Positions 1 through 9,515 are shown, numbered from the stretch's first letter. The stretch: DNA of 64,000 nucleotides from an uncultured Chroococcidiopsis sp. (GCA_964248365.1 CAXTYC010000001.1:332151-396150), one strand, 5' to 3'. A program made the numbers and translations. The notes: generated by a model from the sequence alone, not told the origin.

Positions 1-1
1 C

Positions 2-364
2 GATCTAGCAGCAATAGATAATATACACTTACTGAGTTTAGAGCGCTCTTTCTCTCCTATTAAAGGAAACACAATTAGGTTGTATGAGGTTTCTTTAGCC
101 CACGCCGACGATATTAGTAAAAGAGAAAGTCTAAAGACTGTCAATATCAACAAGATCAAACCAGCCCAGAAAAAGCTACTACTTGACTTCAATCAGCTAA
201 AAATTCCTTTGGATAACATTGAAGGGCTAACTTTTGGGCAATGTTTACCAGATGGAAGGCGATCGCTAATCTTTGTCAGTGATAACAATTTTAGTTCAAT
301 CCAGTTTACACAAATATTAGCCTTTGCTATCAATAACAAAATAAGTCGTTGTGTGCCTGGGTAG
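2..364 (+). CDS. Esterase-like activity of phytase family protein, 3' part (5' end outside window)
   Basis: Frame open from base 2 (DLAAIDNIHLLSLERSFS...). The C-terminal motif LDNIEGLTFG..LPDGRRSLIFVSDNNF is typical of this family. Confidence 0.8.
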   Translation, partial: DLAAIDNIHLLSLERSFSPIKGNTIRLYEVSLAHADDISKRESLKTVNINKIKPAQKKLLLDFNQLKIPLDNIEGLTFGQCLPDGRRSLIFVSDNNFSSIQFTQILAFAINNKISRCVPG

Positions 365-576
365 TACCTATAACCATTGCCAATCCTAGTGTTCTAGTGG
401 GGGCGATATCCTACACTTGCTCCCCTCATGCTTTGGCTAGGTTGAAATCCACTACAACTTGGATAGTTGAACTGTGACTATAGCCAGTTAGCCACTAGCC
501 AGATTAAGCTAGTCTACTATATCACAATGTCCCCTAAGGCAGTAAAAACACTGTCACTATTCGACATTTTTCTTAA

Positions 577-963
577 ATAATTTTCACCCAGATCCTAAAC
601 ATAGAGATATTGCTACTAATTTCTTCTTTAGTATCAGCAGGATCAGCAGTAGTAATTGTAGTAATGATATATCAGATTCAAAAAAGCCTAAATTTTAGTA
701 AAACCTAGTAGGAAAAAGTGCTGAGGTTTATGGAAGCTGCTAATGAAATTAGTAAGGAAATAAGGCATATAGCCTTTGAAGAGAGTAAACAACAAATTCA
801 ATATGCCACCAGTACCAATCAACAGTTGGACAATTTAATGCAAGAAGCTGACAAGATTAAGAGTTGTTTAAATGAGTCGCTACAAGCTAACAATAGAGCA
901 AATGATAAACTCTACAGCCTTGTATCTATAAAGTTAGTTCACAGCCCGTCTTGGTTGAATTAG
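577..963 (+). pseudogene. Probable degraded single-TM coiled-coil protein
   Basis: In frame with ORF 718..963, the upstream sequence reads IEILLLISSLVSAGSAVVIVVMIYQIQKSLNFSKT followed by TAG TAG (706-711), then EKVLRFME... Confidence 0.35.
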
Positions 964-1662
964 GCTATCAAAGTGATGTATCGATTGCTGAAAACCTTTG
1001 TAAGTATACTGTGTACCCCACAAGTATCAATGTCAGAACCAAATGATACTAAAGGCGAAAACTATAAAAAGTAAGGGTTTGAGAGGTTGAGTAGTATTAG
1101 GGTATGAAGCGGGTATTTTTTCCTTTTGAGTAGCGAAGTCTTAAGTTAAAGCTTTAGTACCTGCTTACACATCCATGCTTTAGCATAATCACTTTCAAAA
1201 TTAGCATGGATTAGAGTACCTTAGTAAGGTAGCTTAAGGAATGTTACCAAGATACTTAAGCGATTGCAACTGACTAGTGGAATATTAACTTTTGTTTACC
1301 TAGCTGATGTACTAATTTATCGGTTTACGGCAATATCTCCATCTGCAAAATTAAAATACTATTTAGATGTTAAGCTACCGCTGAAATTACGTAATTATTT
1401 ATACATATATTTTTACGTAATCTACGTCTTTAGGTGGATAAGAATGAATTATAAGCAAAACCGTCAGTAGATACACTAGACTTATTTGTTCGCTATACCT
1501 GTAAGTGTAATGCTTGAAGTCTTCGCCATTTGAGGAGACACCAACAGTATTGTCTAGCTATAACTCTATTAGAATATCCAATTGCTAATTTTTCAGGCAA
1601 GGGGCAAGTGAGCAAAATTGCGATGAGCAAATTTTAGTGTGTAGTTACAGTAGCAGCAACAG

Positions 1663-2031
1663 GTGAAAAATATGTATGTTGATTTGAACCAGGGTACAGC
1701 ACAAAACAAAATTCTGCATGAAATAAAGTTAAGTGAAAACATAGATAAAGCAAAACCGGAGGGATTAAATACAACCGATTTTTTAATGCTGTTAGGTCCT
1801 TTTAGCTTTATCATGGGTTGGGCAGTTCTGTTTGTTATGCTGTCCAAAATTGGCAGGGCTGCAAGAGACGAAATCTTTGTTAGTATCAAGCATTTACATC
1901 AGATTCCCTGTAGGAACTGTCGCTTTTTTTGCAACAATCCTTATCTCAAGTGTGCGATAAACCCTTCAATTGTTTTAACTGAACAAGCGCTTGATTGCTC
2001 TGACTACGCGCCTTGTGAGAGCAATCACTAA
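1663..2031 (+). CDS. Hypothetical membrane protein with C-terminal Cys cluster
   Basis: One TM segment, then IPCRNCRFF..NPYLKCAINP...DCSDY, a pattern common in small cyanobacterial proteins. Confidence 0.7.
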   Translation: MKNMYVDLNQGTAQNKILHEIKLSENIDKAKPEGLNTTDFLMLLGPFSFIMGWAVLFVMLSKIGRAARDEIFVSIKHLHQIPCRNCRFFCNNPYLKCAINPSIVLTEQALDCSDYAPCESNH

Positions 2032-2210
2032 AGTATGCTTAATATTCTACGTTGTAGAACGTTCTCACATCTGGCGCTCAATTAGGTAGCATTTAAGGGT
2101 CATGATAGAGAGACAGAACTTAGCTTTTTTGTCCTCAGTATGACCCTGATTTACTTTAAGTCAATGTATCTGTAGGTATAACTTAGATGTCTTTTAGCTT
2201 AAGAGGGAGA

Positions 2211-2567
2211 TTAATAAGCACAAAACTCTATGGTGCTGTCTGGCACACTTGACTCAACATAGATATAATAGTTGCCTGATTTAGGTAAATAATAGTTTAT
2301 TTGGTCTGAGTCTACTTTTTCTCCTCTAACTACACCTACTGAACCTCTAACATAAATATCATATTGGGTTCCACCACCTACATTTTTACTTGTCATTTGT
2401 CCTTTAGCAAGCTTAAGAACGAATTCTTTCCCTCCCGAAAAATTGCCTGAATACACACCACAATAGCTACCTTTAGCAAATTGAATTTTTGTAGCTGCAA
2501 CAGCAGGATTAATATTTACTATTCCGGCTAATAAAATTATACTTCCTAAAATTTTCGTCGGCTTCAT
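2211..2567 (-). CDS. Secreted hypothetical protein (PPC-like beta domain)
   Basis: Signal peptide (…NPAVAA), IQFAKG, and LPKSGNYYIYV motif. Confidence 0.7.
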   Translation of the reverse strand: MKPTKILGSIILLAGIVNINPAVAATKIQFAKGSYCGVYSGNFSGGKEFVLKLAKGQMTSKNVGGGTQYDIYVRGSVGVVRGEKVDSDQINYYLPKSGNYYIYVESSVPDSTIEFCAY

Positions 2568-2784
2568 TGTGTAATTGTATTTTCCATGTAATTTTAGATT
2601 AATCTAACTTTTTGTTCCCACCTAAGGGGCTTTCACTGATAAAATTTATGTTTGTGTTGCAACGTGCTTCTGTGAATTCACTGAAAATTTAAATAATTCA
2701 GTAAGCTACAAGATTGGAATAAAGAAATTTTGGTGCGTTAGCCAAAGCGTAACGCACTATATAGAATTGATTTAGACATATTAA

Positions 2785-2839
2785 GTATGTCACCCATGCC
2801 CACCAAGTTTGATAATGGTGGTGGGCATGGGTGGCATAC
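2785..2839. repeat. REP-like inverted doublet (21-bp arms, 13-nt loop)
   Basis: gtatgtcacccatgcccacca (2785-2805) pairs with tggtgggcatgggtggcatac (2819-2839), one G-T mismatch. Same core as the repeats flanking the RAYT gene. Confidence 0.85.
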
Positions 2840-3005
2840 AAATAATGTAAATGAAGCTCTTACTTTTTTGGAAATGCTGAGTAAGACGATATATAAACTT
2901 GCTTTCTTGAAGTTTGTAGAATCATAGCTAATTCCTCCTTTTGCTAGACGAGCAGCAGGGTACATAAGTAACAAAATGTATATTGGCACTATTAGGATTG
3001 AAATT

Positions 3006-3398
3006 ATGCATGAAGTATCACAAGAGCATATAAAGTTAGCAGAGGAACACGCTATCCGCTCAAAGCAACAGGCGGAATCAACCCAAAAGTGTGGAAAGAT
3101 TTTACAAGCTATGGGAGGGAAATACAGTGAGCATGGAAAGTTAGTAGAAGAATATGGTAAGGCTGCTCAAAAGCACGCCCAGGCTTCACTGGAACACGCC
3201 AAAGCCGCACAAGAGCAAGATGCACACTCAACAGAGGAATTTTTGCAAGCTTCACAGGAACACGTAAAGCACACACAGATACTAATGATGGCATCCAAGG
3301 AGTGTAGTAAGATAGCTAAGGAGCGAATAAACGAAAATAAGAAATTCTTGAGCAAAGAACGAGTATCTAATTCAGAATCAAAGCAGAATGTGGATTAG
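3006..3398 (+). CDS. Hypothetical hydrophilic helical His/Gln/Ala-rich protein
   Basis: ORF 2976..3398; the ATG at 3006 follows an AGGA SD-like sequence. Repeated EH/KH motifs. Confidence 0.55.
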   Translation: MHEVSQEHIKLAEEHAIRSKQQAESTQKCGKILQAMGGKYSEHGKLVEEYGKAAQKHAQASLEHAKAAQEQDAHSTEEFLQASQEHVKHTQILMMASKECSKIAKERINENKKFLSKERVSNSESKQNVD

Positions 3399-3405
3399 CA
3401 AGGAA

Positions 3406-3459
3406 GGGCAAGTTTAACAAACATTTCTATGAGAAAATAGAGATTTAGAAAAACTTGCC
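3406..3459. terminator. Inverted repeat between convergent genes, possible terminator
   Basis: gggcaagttt ... aaacttgccc, 10-bp arms with a long loop. Confidence 0.35.
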
Positions 3460-3493
3460 CCTATAGAAAACCTAACCTTACAGATTAAACTAT

Positions 3494-4891
3494 TTATAAT
3501 CCCATTACTGCCCGATAGTGGGTTTCAATTTCTGCAACTGTTTTCGATTTGCGGTGGGTACTCCACTGGCTATGGTTAAATAGTTCTTGACGCAAATTAT
3601 CTACATTGATGGTTGTAATTTTGCCATCGGTAATAATTTGTTTGCCATTTACCCAAGCACTATTTACTACTTGGGTTGGACGACCAAGAATTAGTAAACC
3701 AATTGGATCTGTGCGTGGTAAAAGTGATAAACTGGTAAAATCATAAAGAACTAAATCTGCTTTTTTACCTACTGTTAAGGAACCAAGTTGTTCTGCTAAA
3801 TTGAGTCCTTTTGCACCACCTAAAGATGCCATTTCTACCGCCTGACCAGGTGTGATCCAGTGGCGATAATCAAACTCGGTGATGTTGTGTAAAATTGAGC
3901 CAATTTTTATTGCTTCTAGTAAGTCTTGGGAGTCGTTGCTGGAAGCACCATCACAGCCAAAAGTGACGTTAACTCCGGCTTGGTGATATTTTAATATAGG
4001 GGCAATGCCACTGCCTAAACGTAGGTTACTTAGAGGATTGTGAACGACTGTGGATTGGGTTTGGGCTAAAATGGCAATATCTGCATCGTCCAGCCAGACA
4101 CAATGAGCTAAGGAAGTACGATCGCTCAGATATCCAATTTGCTTTAGATGCTCAACTGCACTACAACCATACTTTTCTTGGGCAAGTTTTTGTTGGGCTT
4201 TCGTTTCGAGTAAGTGGGAGTGGCGACAAAGATTGTAGCGATCGCTTAATTCGCTACATCCCTCAAATAGTGCGTCTGAACACAGTTGAATTCCGGTTGG
4301 AGCAACTAATATACTTATGCCTTCTTCTGGGCGATGGAACTGACAAACCGCTTGTTCTATGAGTTCCAATGTTGGCTTTGTTGAGCGAAAATAAGGTTCA
4401 TGATTCAAGTCTAATTCACCTGTAGGCATTCCAGCATTAAGGGATTGATCTTGAATCAGTGGGGCGATAAAAGCACGAATTCCTACTTCTTTGTAAGCAC
4501 GTACAGCAGCGGCGATCGTTTCTATTTCCTTTTCTGGAATTAAAACTAAGTGATCGACAACACTCGTTCCCCCAGAAAGTAGAGTTTCTACTGCTGTACC
4601 CAACGCACTAAGATAAATTTGCTCTGGATTGAGAGGAGCAAAGTCATATAATTCGGCTATCCATAATTCTAGAGGAACTGGTGGAATTATCCCTCGTTGC
4701 CACATTTCGGAAGAATGGGTATGAGCATTGAAGAAACCAGGTAGGAGTAATTTGTTTTCCCCATTAATTACTACCCCGCTAGCTGGTAACTGGGTTGCAA
4801 TCGCAGCGATGCGATCGCCTTCTATTTGCACATCTACGGTATCATAACCGTTATCAATAGGAATTAATACTTTTTGAATCGTAAAGCTCAT
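3494..4891 (-). CDS. Amidohydrolase-superfamily deaminase (AtzA/TriA/guanine deaminase-like)
   Basis: PGFFNAHTH (HxH), HSHLLE (HxxE), LAHCVW, HNPLSNLRLGSG, GCDG and GKKADLVL motifs. Confidence 0.9.
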   Translation of the reverse strand: MSFTIQKVLIPIDNGYDTVDVQIEGDRIAAIATQLPASGVVINGENKLLLPGFFNAHTHSSEMWQRGIIPPVPLELWIAELYDFAPLNPEQIYLSALGTAVETLLSGGTSVVDHLVLIPEKEIETIAAAVRAYKEVGIRAFIAPLIQDQSLNAGMPTGELDLNHEPYFRSTKPTLELIEQAVCQFHRPEEGISILVAPTGIQLCSDALFEGCSELSDRYNLCRHSHLLETKAQQKLAQEKYGCSAVEHLKQIGYLSDRTSLAHCVWLDDADIAILAQTQSTVVHNPLSNLRLGSGIAPILKYHQAGVNVTFGCDGASSNDSQDLLEAIKIGSILHNITEFDYRHWITPGQAVEMASLGGAKGLNLAEQLGSLTVGKKADLVLYDFTSLSLLPRTDPIGLLILGRPTQVVNSAWVNGKQIITDGKITTINVDNLRQELFNHSQWSTHRKSKTVAEIETHYRAVMGL

Positions 4892-4952
4892 AAATATATC
4901 CTTTTATCAAGTGTGAGATTTATGCTGCAAAAAATGTGGCTACCATACCGCT

Positions 4953-5759
4953 ATGCCCCTACTTATTATTAAAATGCACCAATTTATGAGAATATTGGGA
5001 ATACCGCCGAATGCTTGGACAGTGGATGAAGCGATCGCTGATATTACTCGTCCTCCTCTAGAATCACAAATAATTACTCTAGCAACCGAAACTAAGACTT
5101 TGCGCTTAGATTTGGCAAAATCTGCCATCTTGGTGATTGATATGCAAAACGACTTTTGTCACCCAGATGGCTGGCTGGCGCATATTGGTGTAGACATCAC
5201 CTGCGCCAGAACTCCCATTTATCCCCTCAAAACACTGCTACCAACACTACGACAGGTTGGTGTGCCAGTAATTTGGCTCTCTTGGGGTAATCGTCCCGAT
5301 TTAATGAATATTAGCGCTGGTGTACATCACGTTTATAATCCTACAGGCTTAGGTGTGGGAGTTGGCGATCCTCTACCCAGCAATGGTGCTAAAGTGCTAA
5401 TGGCAGGAAGTTGGGCTGCTGCTGTTGTGGAAGAATTAGAACAATTGCCGCAAGATATCTGTGTAGATAAATATCGGATGAGTGGATTTTGGGATACTCC
5501 CCTAGATAGTATCTTGCGTAATCTGGGAAAAACTACTCTGTTCTTTGCTGGTGTTAATGCCGATCAATGTGTGATGGCAACATTGCAAGATGCAAATTTT
5601 TTAGGATATGACTGTATGTTAGTGAAAGACTGCACTGCTACGACTTCCCCCCAGTATTGCTGGCAAGCAACTTTATATAATGTTAAACAGTGCTTTGGTT
5701 TTGTTACCGATTCTCAAGCTATTTTGGAAGCAATTAACACCCCAAGCGCCATTGAATAA
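4953..5759 (+). CDS. Cysteine hydrolase, isochorismatase family (true start may be a downstream ATG)
   Basis: Catalytic D-K-C triad: VIDMQNDF, DKYRMSGFWDT, GVNADQCV. Confidence 0.9.
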   Translation: MPLLIIKMHQFMRILGIPPNAWTVDEAIADITRPPLESQIITLATETKTLRLDLAKSAILVIDMQNDFCHPDGWLAHIGVDITCARTPIYPLKTLLPTLRQVGVPVIWLSWGNRPDLMNISAGVHHVYNPTGLGVGVGDPLPSNGAKVLMAGSWAAAVVEELEQLPQDICVDKYRMSGFWDTPLDSILRNLGKTTLFFAGVNADQCVMATLQDANFLGYDCMLVKDCTATTSPQYCWQATLYNVKQCFGFVTDSQAILEAINTPSAIE

Positions 5760-5779
5760 ATTCAATGGCTAATAGCAGC

Positions 5780-5870
5780 AAGTCAGCTGAAGCTGACTAA
5801 CTAGAGGTTCACTTTTATCCAGTCCGTTTTAACGGACTTTAACTATTAGCTTTGAACTCCCTTTCAAAGC
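5780..5870. repeat. Intergenic multi-hairpin repeat element
   Basis: Short palindromes agtcagctgaagctgact, agtccgttttaacggact and gctttgaa...ttcaaagc; resembles dispersed palindromic repeats of cyanobacteria. Confidence 0.5.
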
Positions 5871-5904
5871 ATTCCCCAACACCCAACAAATAGCAGGATG
5901 CACT

Positions 5905-6360
5905 ATGGACGCTTCTCGTTGTGTAATTGCCGTTGCCAAGTCTCCTCAAGACTACCAAGCTTTTCGCATCAGTCCAAGTGCTACAAATAGATTAGCGATC
6001 GTATTTGATTCGGCAACTGCTAATATCTCTCTGACGGTTTGTGTAGAAATTTTTGATGTGGGTGGGAAAACTCCCCCTAATCGTCATCAGTTCGCAGTAG
6101 AGATGTTTTTCATCCTCAAAGGAGAAGGAAGAGCAACTTGTGATGGTAAAACTGTATCAATTGGGGCTGGAGACAGCATTTTAGTGCCTCCTACCGGAAT
6201 TCATGAGATTGAAAACACAGGTTCGAGTCGTCTATATGCTTTGTGTATTATGGTTCCGAATGAACATTTTGCCGAGTTGATTCGTAGCGGCACACCAGTC
6301 GAATTGGATGAAGAAGATATAGCCGTATTGCGTCGCTTACCTACACCTGTTTCATGTTAG
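5905..6360 (+). CDS. Cupin domain protein
   Basis: PPNRHQFAVEMFFILKGEG and GDSILVPPTGIHEIEN cupin motifs. Confidence 0.9.
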   Translation: MDASRCVIAVAKSPQDYQAFRISPSATNRLAIVFDSATANISLTVCVEIFDVGGKTPPNRHQFAVEMFFILKGEGRATCDGKTVSIGAGDSILVPPTGIHEIENTGSSRLYALCIMVPNEHFAELIRSGTPVELDEEDIAVLRRLPTPVSC

Positions 6361-6628
6361 GCAAGAGTAGGTGCTGTTGATTATGGTTTAGAAGTTTCAA
6401 CAGACCGGTTGACAGTGGTGTAGTTCAATCAGTTTGTTAAAGGGTTGGATACTGATTTGCTTGATGAACCACTAGTTTGCCTATTTGAAATGAGAGTCTA
6501 TAGGACGCACACTATTTCCATTATAAATATATCAAACCAGAAATCTGATTTTTTGTCAAGTATCTGGGCAAGTTGAATTGCTGAGCTACGTTAATTTTTG
6601 TCTGCTGTTGTGGGAACACTGATATTAA

Positions 6629-6648
6629 GGTGGGCAAGGGTGGCAAAC
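6629..6648. repeat. REP-like repeat, inverted partner of 7084-7103
   Basis: ggtgggcaagggtggcaaac is the reverse complement of gtttgccacccatgcccacc with one mismatch. Confidence 0.75.
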
Positions 6649-6667
6649 GTTATTTGGCTGCATTTAT

Positions 6668-7189
6668 ATGAATCCTAAGTTTACCCCGCTAGATTGTGAT
6701 GATGATGTCGTACTCTTGGCAACAGATACTTTTAAAGTCAGTAGATTAAAGGAGTTGTATGAGCAAGGAATTAAAGATAAATTAAATAGCCATTTTTATA
6801 AATCCAATGATTTTTTTAGTGAAAGCGAATCTGTCTACAGCTTTTTTAGTAACATCTCGCTTGGCGCTGAAAGTATTAGCTTCAGTGAAATTCAATTTAA
6901 CTCAATTAAAGATTGTCAGCTTCTCAAAATTGGCGGTAAAGCCTGGTAGAAAGGAAAGCTTAAAATTCAGATATGCGTATCACCTAATAGAAAAAACCCA
7001 GATAAAATCTGTCTAGAATTTTGTCCTGATGAACCGATTGAGCAGGAATCACCTTTAGATGACCTGCGTAAGCTAGTAGAAAAGTTTGCCACCCATGCCC
7101 ACCACATAATTAGGAAATACACCCACCAAAAAGCTAGTAGAAAAGTTTGCCACCCATGCCCACCAAAAACCATGTTCAAAAACAAGTAA
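6668..7189 (+). pseudogene. KGK-domain protein interrupted by an in-frame TAG
   Basis: Reads ...CQLLKIGGKAW*KGKLKIQI...LEFCPDEPIEQESPLDDLRK. The stop at 6947-6949 lies just before the KGK signature; the frame then runs into the REP repeats. Confidence 0.85.
7070..7165. repeat. 35-bp direct repeat containing the REP core, upstream of RAYT
   Basis: aagctagtagaaaagtttgccacccatgcccacca at 7070-7104 and 7131-7165. Confidence 0.9.
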
Positions 7190-7765
7190 ATGTCTGAATA
7201 TCGTCGCGTGTATGTGCCAGGTGGAACTTTCTTTATCACCTTGGTAACTTACCAACGTAAACCTTTATTCTCAAATCTAGAAAATATCTCAAAATTACGC
7301 TGTGCTGTAGCAACTGTTCGCTTCCAAATACCTTTTGAGATAATAGGTGCAGTCCTATTACCGGATCATATTCATTTCTTATGGACTTTACCTGCTGACG
7401 ATCAAGCTTATTCCAAGCGAGTCGGACGGTTAAAGGTTTTATTTACACAATCCTTGCGTGGCAAAGGGGCATTACTTCAAAATATATCACGTTCAAGATC
7501 CAAGCACCGTGAAAGTGATGTTTGGCAGCGTCGGTTTTGGGGACATACTATTCGTAATGAGGCTGATTTTGAAAGGCATTTAGATTATATTCATTACAAT
7601 CCGGTTAGGCATGGTTTTGTTTCATGTCCTCATCTGTGGGAGTATTCGAGTTTTGATAGGTGGGTGCAAAAAGGTATGTATAAAAATGATTGGTGCTGCA
7701 AATGTTTTGGTAAGGAATTGCTAGTACCTGAGTTTATAGGAATAGCGGAGAAAGTTGGGGAATGA
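7190..7765 (+). mobile_element. rayT: REP-associated tyrosine transposase (RAYT, IS200/IS605 Y1 superfamily)
   Basis: YRRVYVPGGTFFITLVT N-terminus, HUH motif LPDHIH, VWQRRFW.H.IR, catalytic DYIHYNPVRHG; flanked by REP-like inverted repeats. Confidence 0.92.
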
Positions 7766-7770
7766 GAAGG

Positions 7771-7843
7771 ATTATGTGGTGAGGAATTGAATTATGTGGT
7801 GGGCATGGGTGGACGATTATCTGGTGGATATTGCCTACCCTAC
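7771..7843. repeat. REP-like repeats downstream of RAYT
   Basis: attatgtggtgggcatgggtgg (7791-7812) is the exact reverse complement of 7089-7110. Degenerate copies at 7771 and 7816-7843. Confidence 0.85.
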
Positions 7844-8644
7844 CAGGTTTTGAATTTGGGTTGGGGTTAATTCTTCGACATTACTGAAAATAGTAACTGC
7901 TCCTGCTGCTTTGAGGGTATCAGCATAAGCATTACGGCGCTCTGGTGTTGTTAGGACATGGGGTGGTAAAATTCCTACACCAATCCAAAGGCGATCGCTC
8001 GCGATCGCTCTTGCCTTTGCTACTGTATACATATCAGCTACCGTATCCCCTAGGTAAATGACTGGGGCTGCTTGGTTTAACTGATGCTGCTGTTCTAGCT
8101 GTTGTACTGTTGCTAATAGTCCTGTAGGATCGGGTTTACCTGGTGCATCTTCCATAGCAATTAACACTGGTGCATTTAAACCAAGGCGTTTTTCTAAAAC
8201 GTAGGTAGCTGAGGCGCGAGTCGCCCCGCTAAAAAAGCCCCACAATATCCCTGCTGCACTAAGCTGTTCTAAATAGCTCAGGTTTAGTAGTAAGGGTTCC
8301 CCGCAGATATAACCTGTAAAATGATCAGGATCTGTCCCGCGATAACGAGATTGAAAAAAAGCGACTATTGTGTCGTAGTTTAGCTCAAGAGCGGATCTTG
8401 ATTGTCCCTGCGCTTCAAAGTAGCGATAAATTAATTCTTGGGATGCTTCCCAATCGTTGTTCCAGATGCCTTCTGACTTGAGGAAGTCAATATCTGTTTG
8501 TGTGGGACGGTAAGCTTTTGCCGTAAAATGCTCTACTGTGTCTGCGATCGCTCGTCGATAAGATCCCCCGACATCGCGGACTACACCGTCAATATCAAAA
8601 ACTGCGATCGCTTTGACTCTTGGTTGTTTAAGTTGTTCAGTCAA
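7835..8644 (-). CDS. HAD-superfamily hydrolase (TIGR01548-like)
   Basis: VFDIDGVVRDV, KPDP and YLGDTVADM HAD motifs. Confidence 0.9.
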   Translation of the reverse strand: MTEQLKQPRVKAIAVFDIDGVVRDVGGSYRRAIADTVEHFTAKAYRPTQTDIDFLKSEGIWNNDWEASQELIYRYFEAQGQSRSALELNYDTIVAFFQSRYRGTDPDHFTGYICGEPLLLNLSYLEQLSAAGILWGFFSGATRASATYVLEKRLGLNAPVLIAMEDAPGKPDPTGLLATVQQLEQQHQLNQAAPVIYLGDTVADMYTVAKARAIASDRLWIGVGILPPHVLTTPERRNAYADTLKAAGAVTIFSNVEELTPTQIQNLVG

Positions 8645-8760
8645 GTCGTCTTTATCTCCAAAATGAGCGTTGCAATGTTTATTTACCCAGCCATTAAGGG
8701 TATAATAATTGTTTGCACACTTTTTTTAATTTTGCTTGGTGTAAACGAGCGGAGGTGGGA

Positions 8761-9060
8761 TTGTCAAAGTTTATTTTAAAGGTTCTTTGGTTAGATGAGA
8801 ACGTTGCCCTTGCAGTTGATCAAGTGGTAGGCAAAGGGACAAGTCCATTAACTAAATACTTTTTTTGGCCTCGTAATGATGCTTGGGAAGAGCTAAAGAA
8901 CGAGCTAGAGGCTAAAAACTGGATCACTGAACAAGATCGGGTTGAGTTGCTCAATAAAGCCACTGAAGTGATCAACTACTGGCAAGAGGAAGGCAGACGT
9001 AGACCACTAGGTGAAGCTCAGTCGAAGTTTCCAGAAGTTGCCTTTATCGGCAGCGCCTAA
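8761..9060 (+). CDS. ycf65: 30S ribosomal protein PSRP-3 / Ycf65
   Basis: [37 protein letters not shown]; the TTG start at 8761 follows GGAGGT. Confidence 0.93.
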   Translation: MSKFILKVLWLDENVALAVDQVVGKGTSPLTKYFFWPRNDAWEELKNELEAKNWITEQDRVELLNKATEVINYWQEEGRRRPLGEAQSKFPEVAFIGSA

Positions 9061-9161
9061 AGTCAAACCTCGTCGCCTGCTGGTTAGACAATTTACCAGA
9101 TTTTAATGCTTTTATCATTGCTTGCAGCCAGGCGCTGCGCTGCTGCGGACACACGAGTGCC

Positions 9162-9209
9162 AAAACCGCCCACCGATATGCCCTGAAAAGGTGTATTGAG
9201 GGCGGTTTT
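9162..9209 (+). terminator. Stem-loop downstream of ycf65
   Basis: aaaaccgccc ... gggcggtttt, followed by a T-rich tract. Confidence 0.55.
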
Positions 9210-9515
9210 CAATTTTTCCATTCTGGGATAATACTTTTAAAAGTTAATAAAACTCGCTGTCATGTGGGAGTATTCTTGGTTGTAGCAAGCCCAAATAATT
9301 ACCTGCCTACCCTGCTTGCTAGCAAAATTACTAGGGCAAGGACGCATCTGTGATGAAGGTGGGTGAGTGACATGATTAACTCAAGTTTATGCCCCTCGCT
9401 TGGCTAATTTATTCCTACAAGCACAAATGCCATGTTGCTAGATTAGTCCAGTAGATAAAATTTAAGGATGAGTAAATATACTGATAAGCAAATTCAAAGT
9501 TGAGTAAATCTAATA

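Noticed and set aside
1264..1889. ORFs 1264..1470(+) and 1593..1889(-)
   Set aside because: The first is AT-rich intergenic sequence with a TTG start and no motif; the second is antisense to the better-supported 1663..2031 gene.
6947..6949. Programmed amber readthrough or recoding in the KGK gene
   Set aside because: TAG is used as an ordinary stop by many genes here and no recoding machinery is visible. A CAG-to-TAG mutation is simpler.
7070..7165. Two 35-bp direct repeats with a 26-bp spacer resembling a mini-CRISPR
   Set aside because: Only two units, the repeat contains the REP core found inverted nearby, and there are no cas genes in the window. Better explained as a duplication at the RAYT flank.
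6807..7255. ORFs 6807..7016, 6967..7239 and 7073..7255
   Set aside because: Alternative-frame or antisense readings of the KGK pseudogene and REP repeats.
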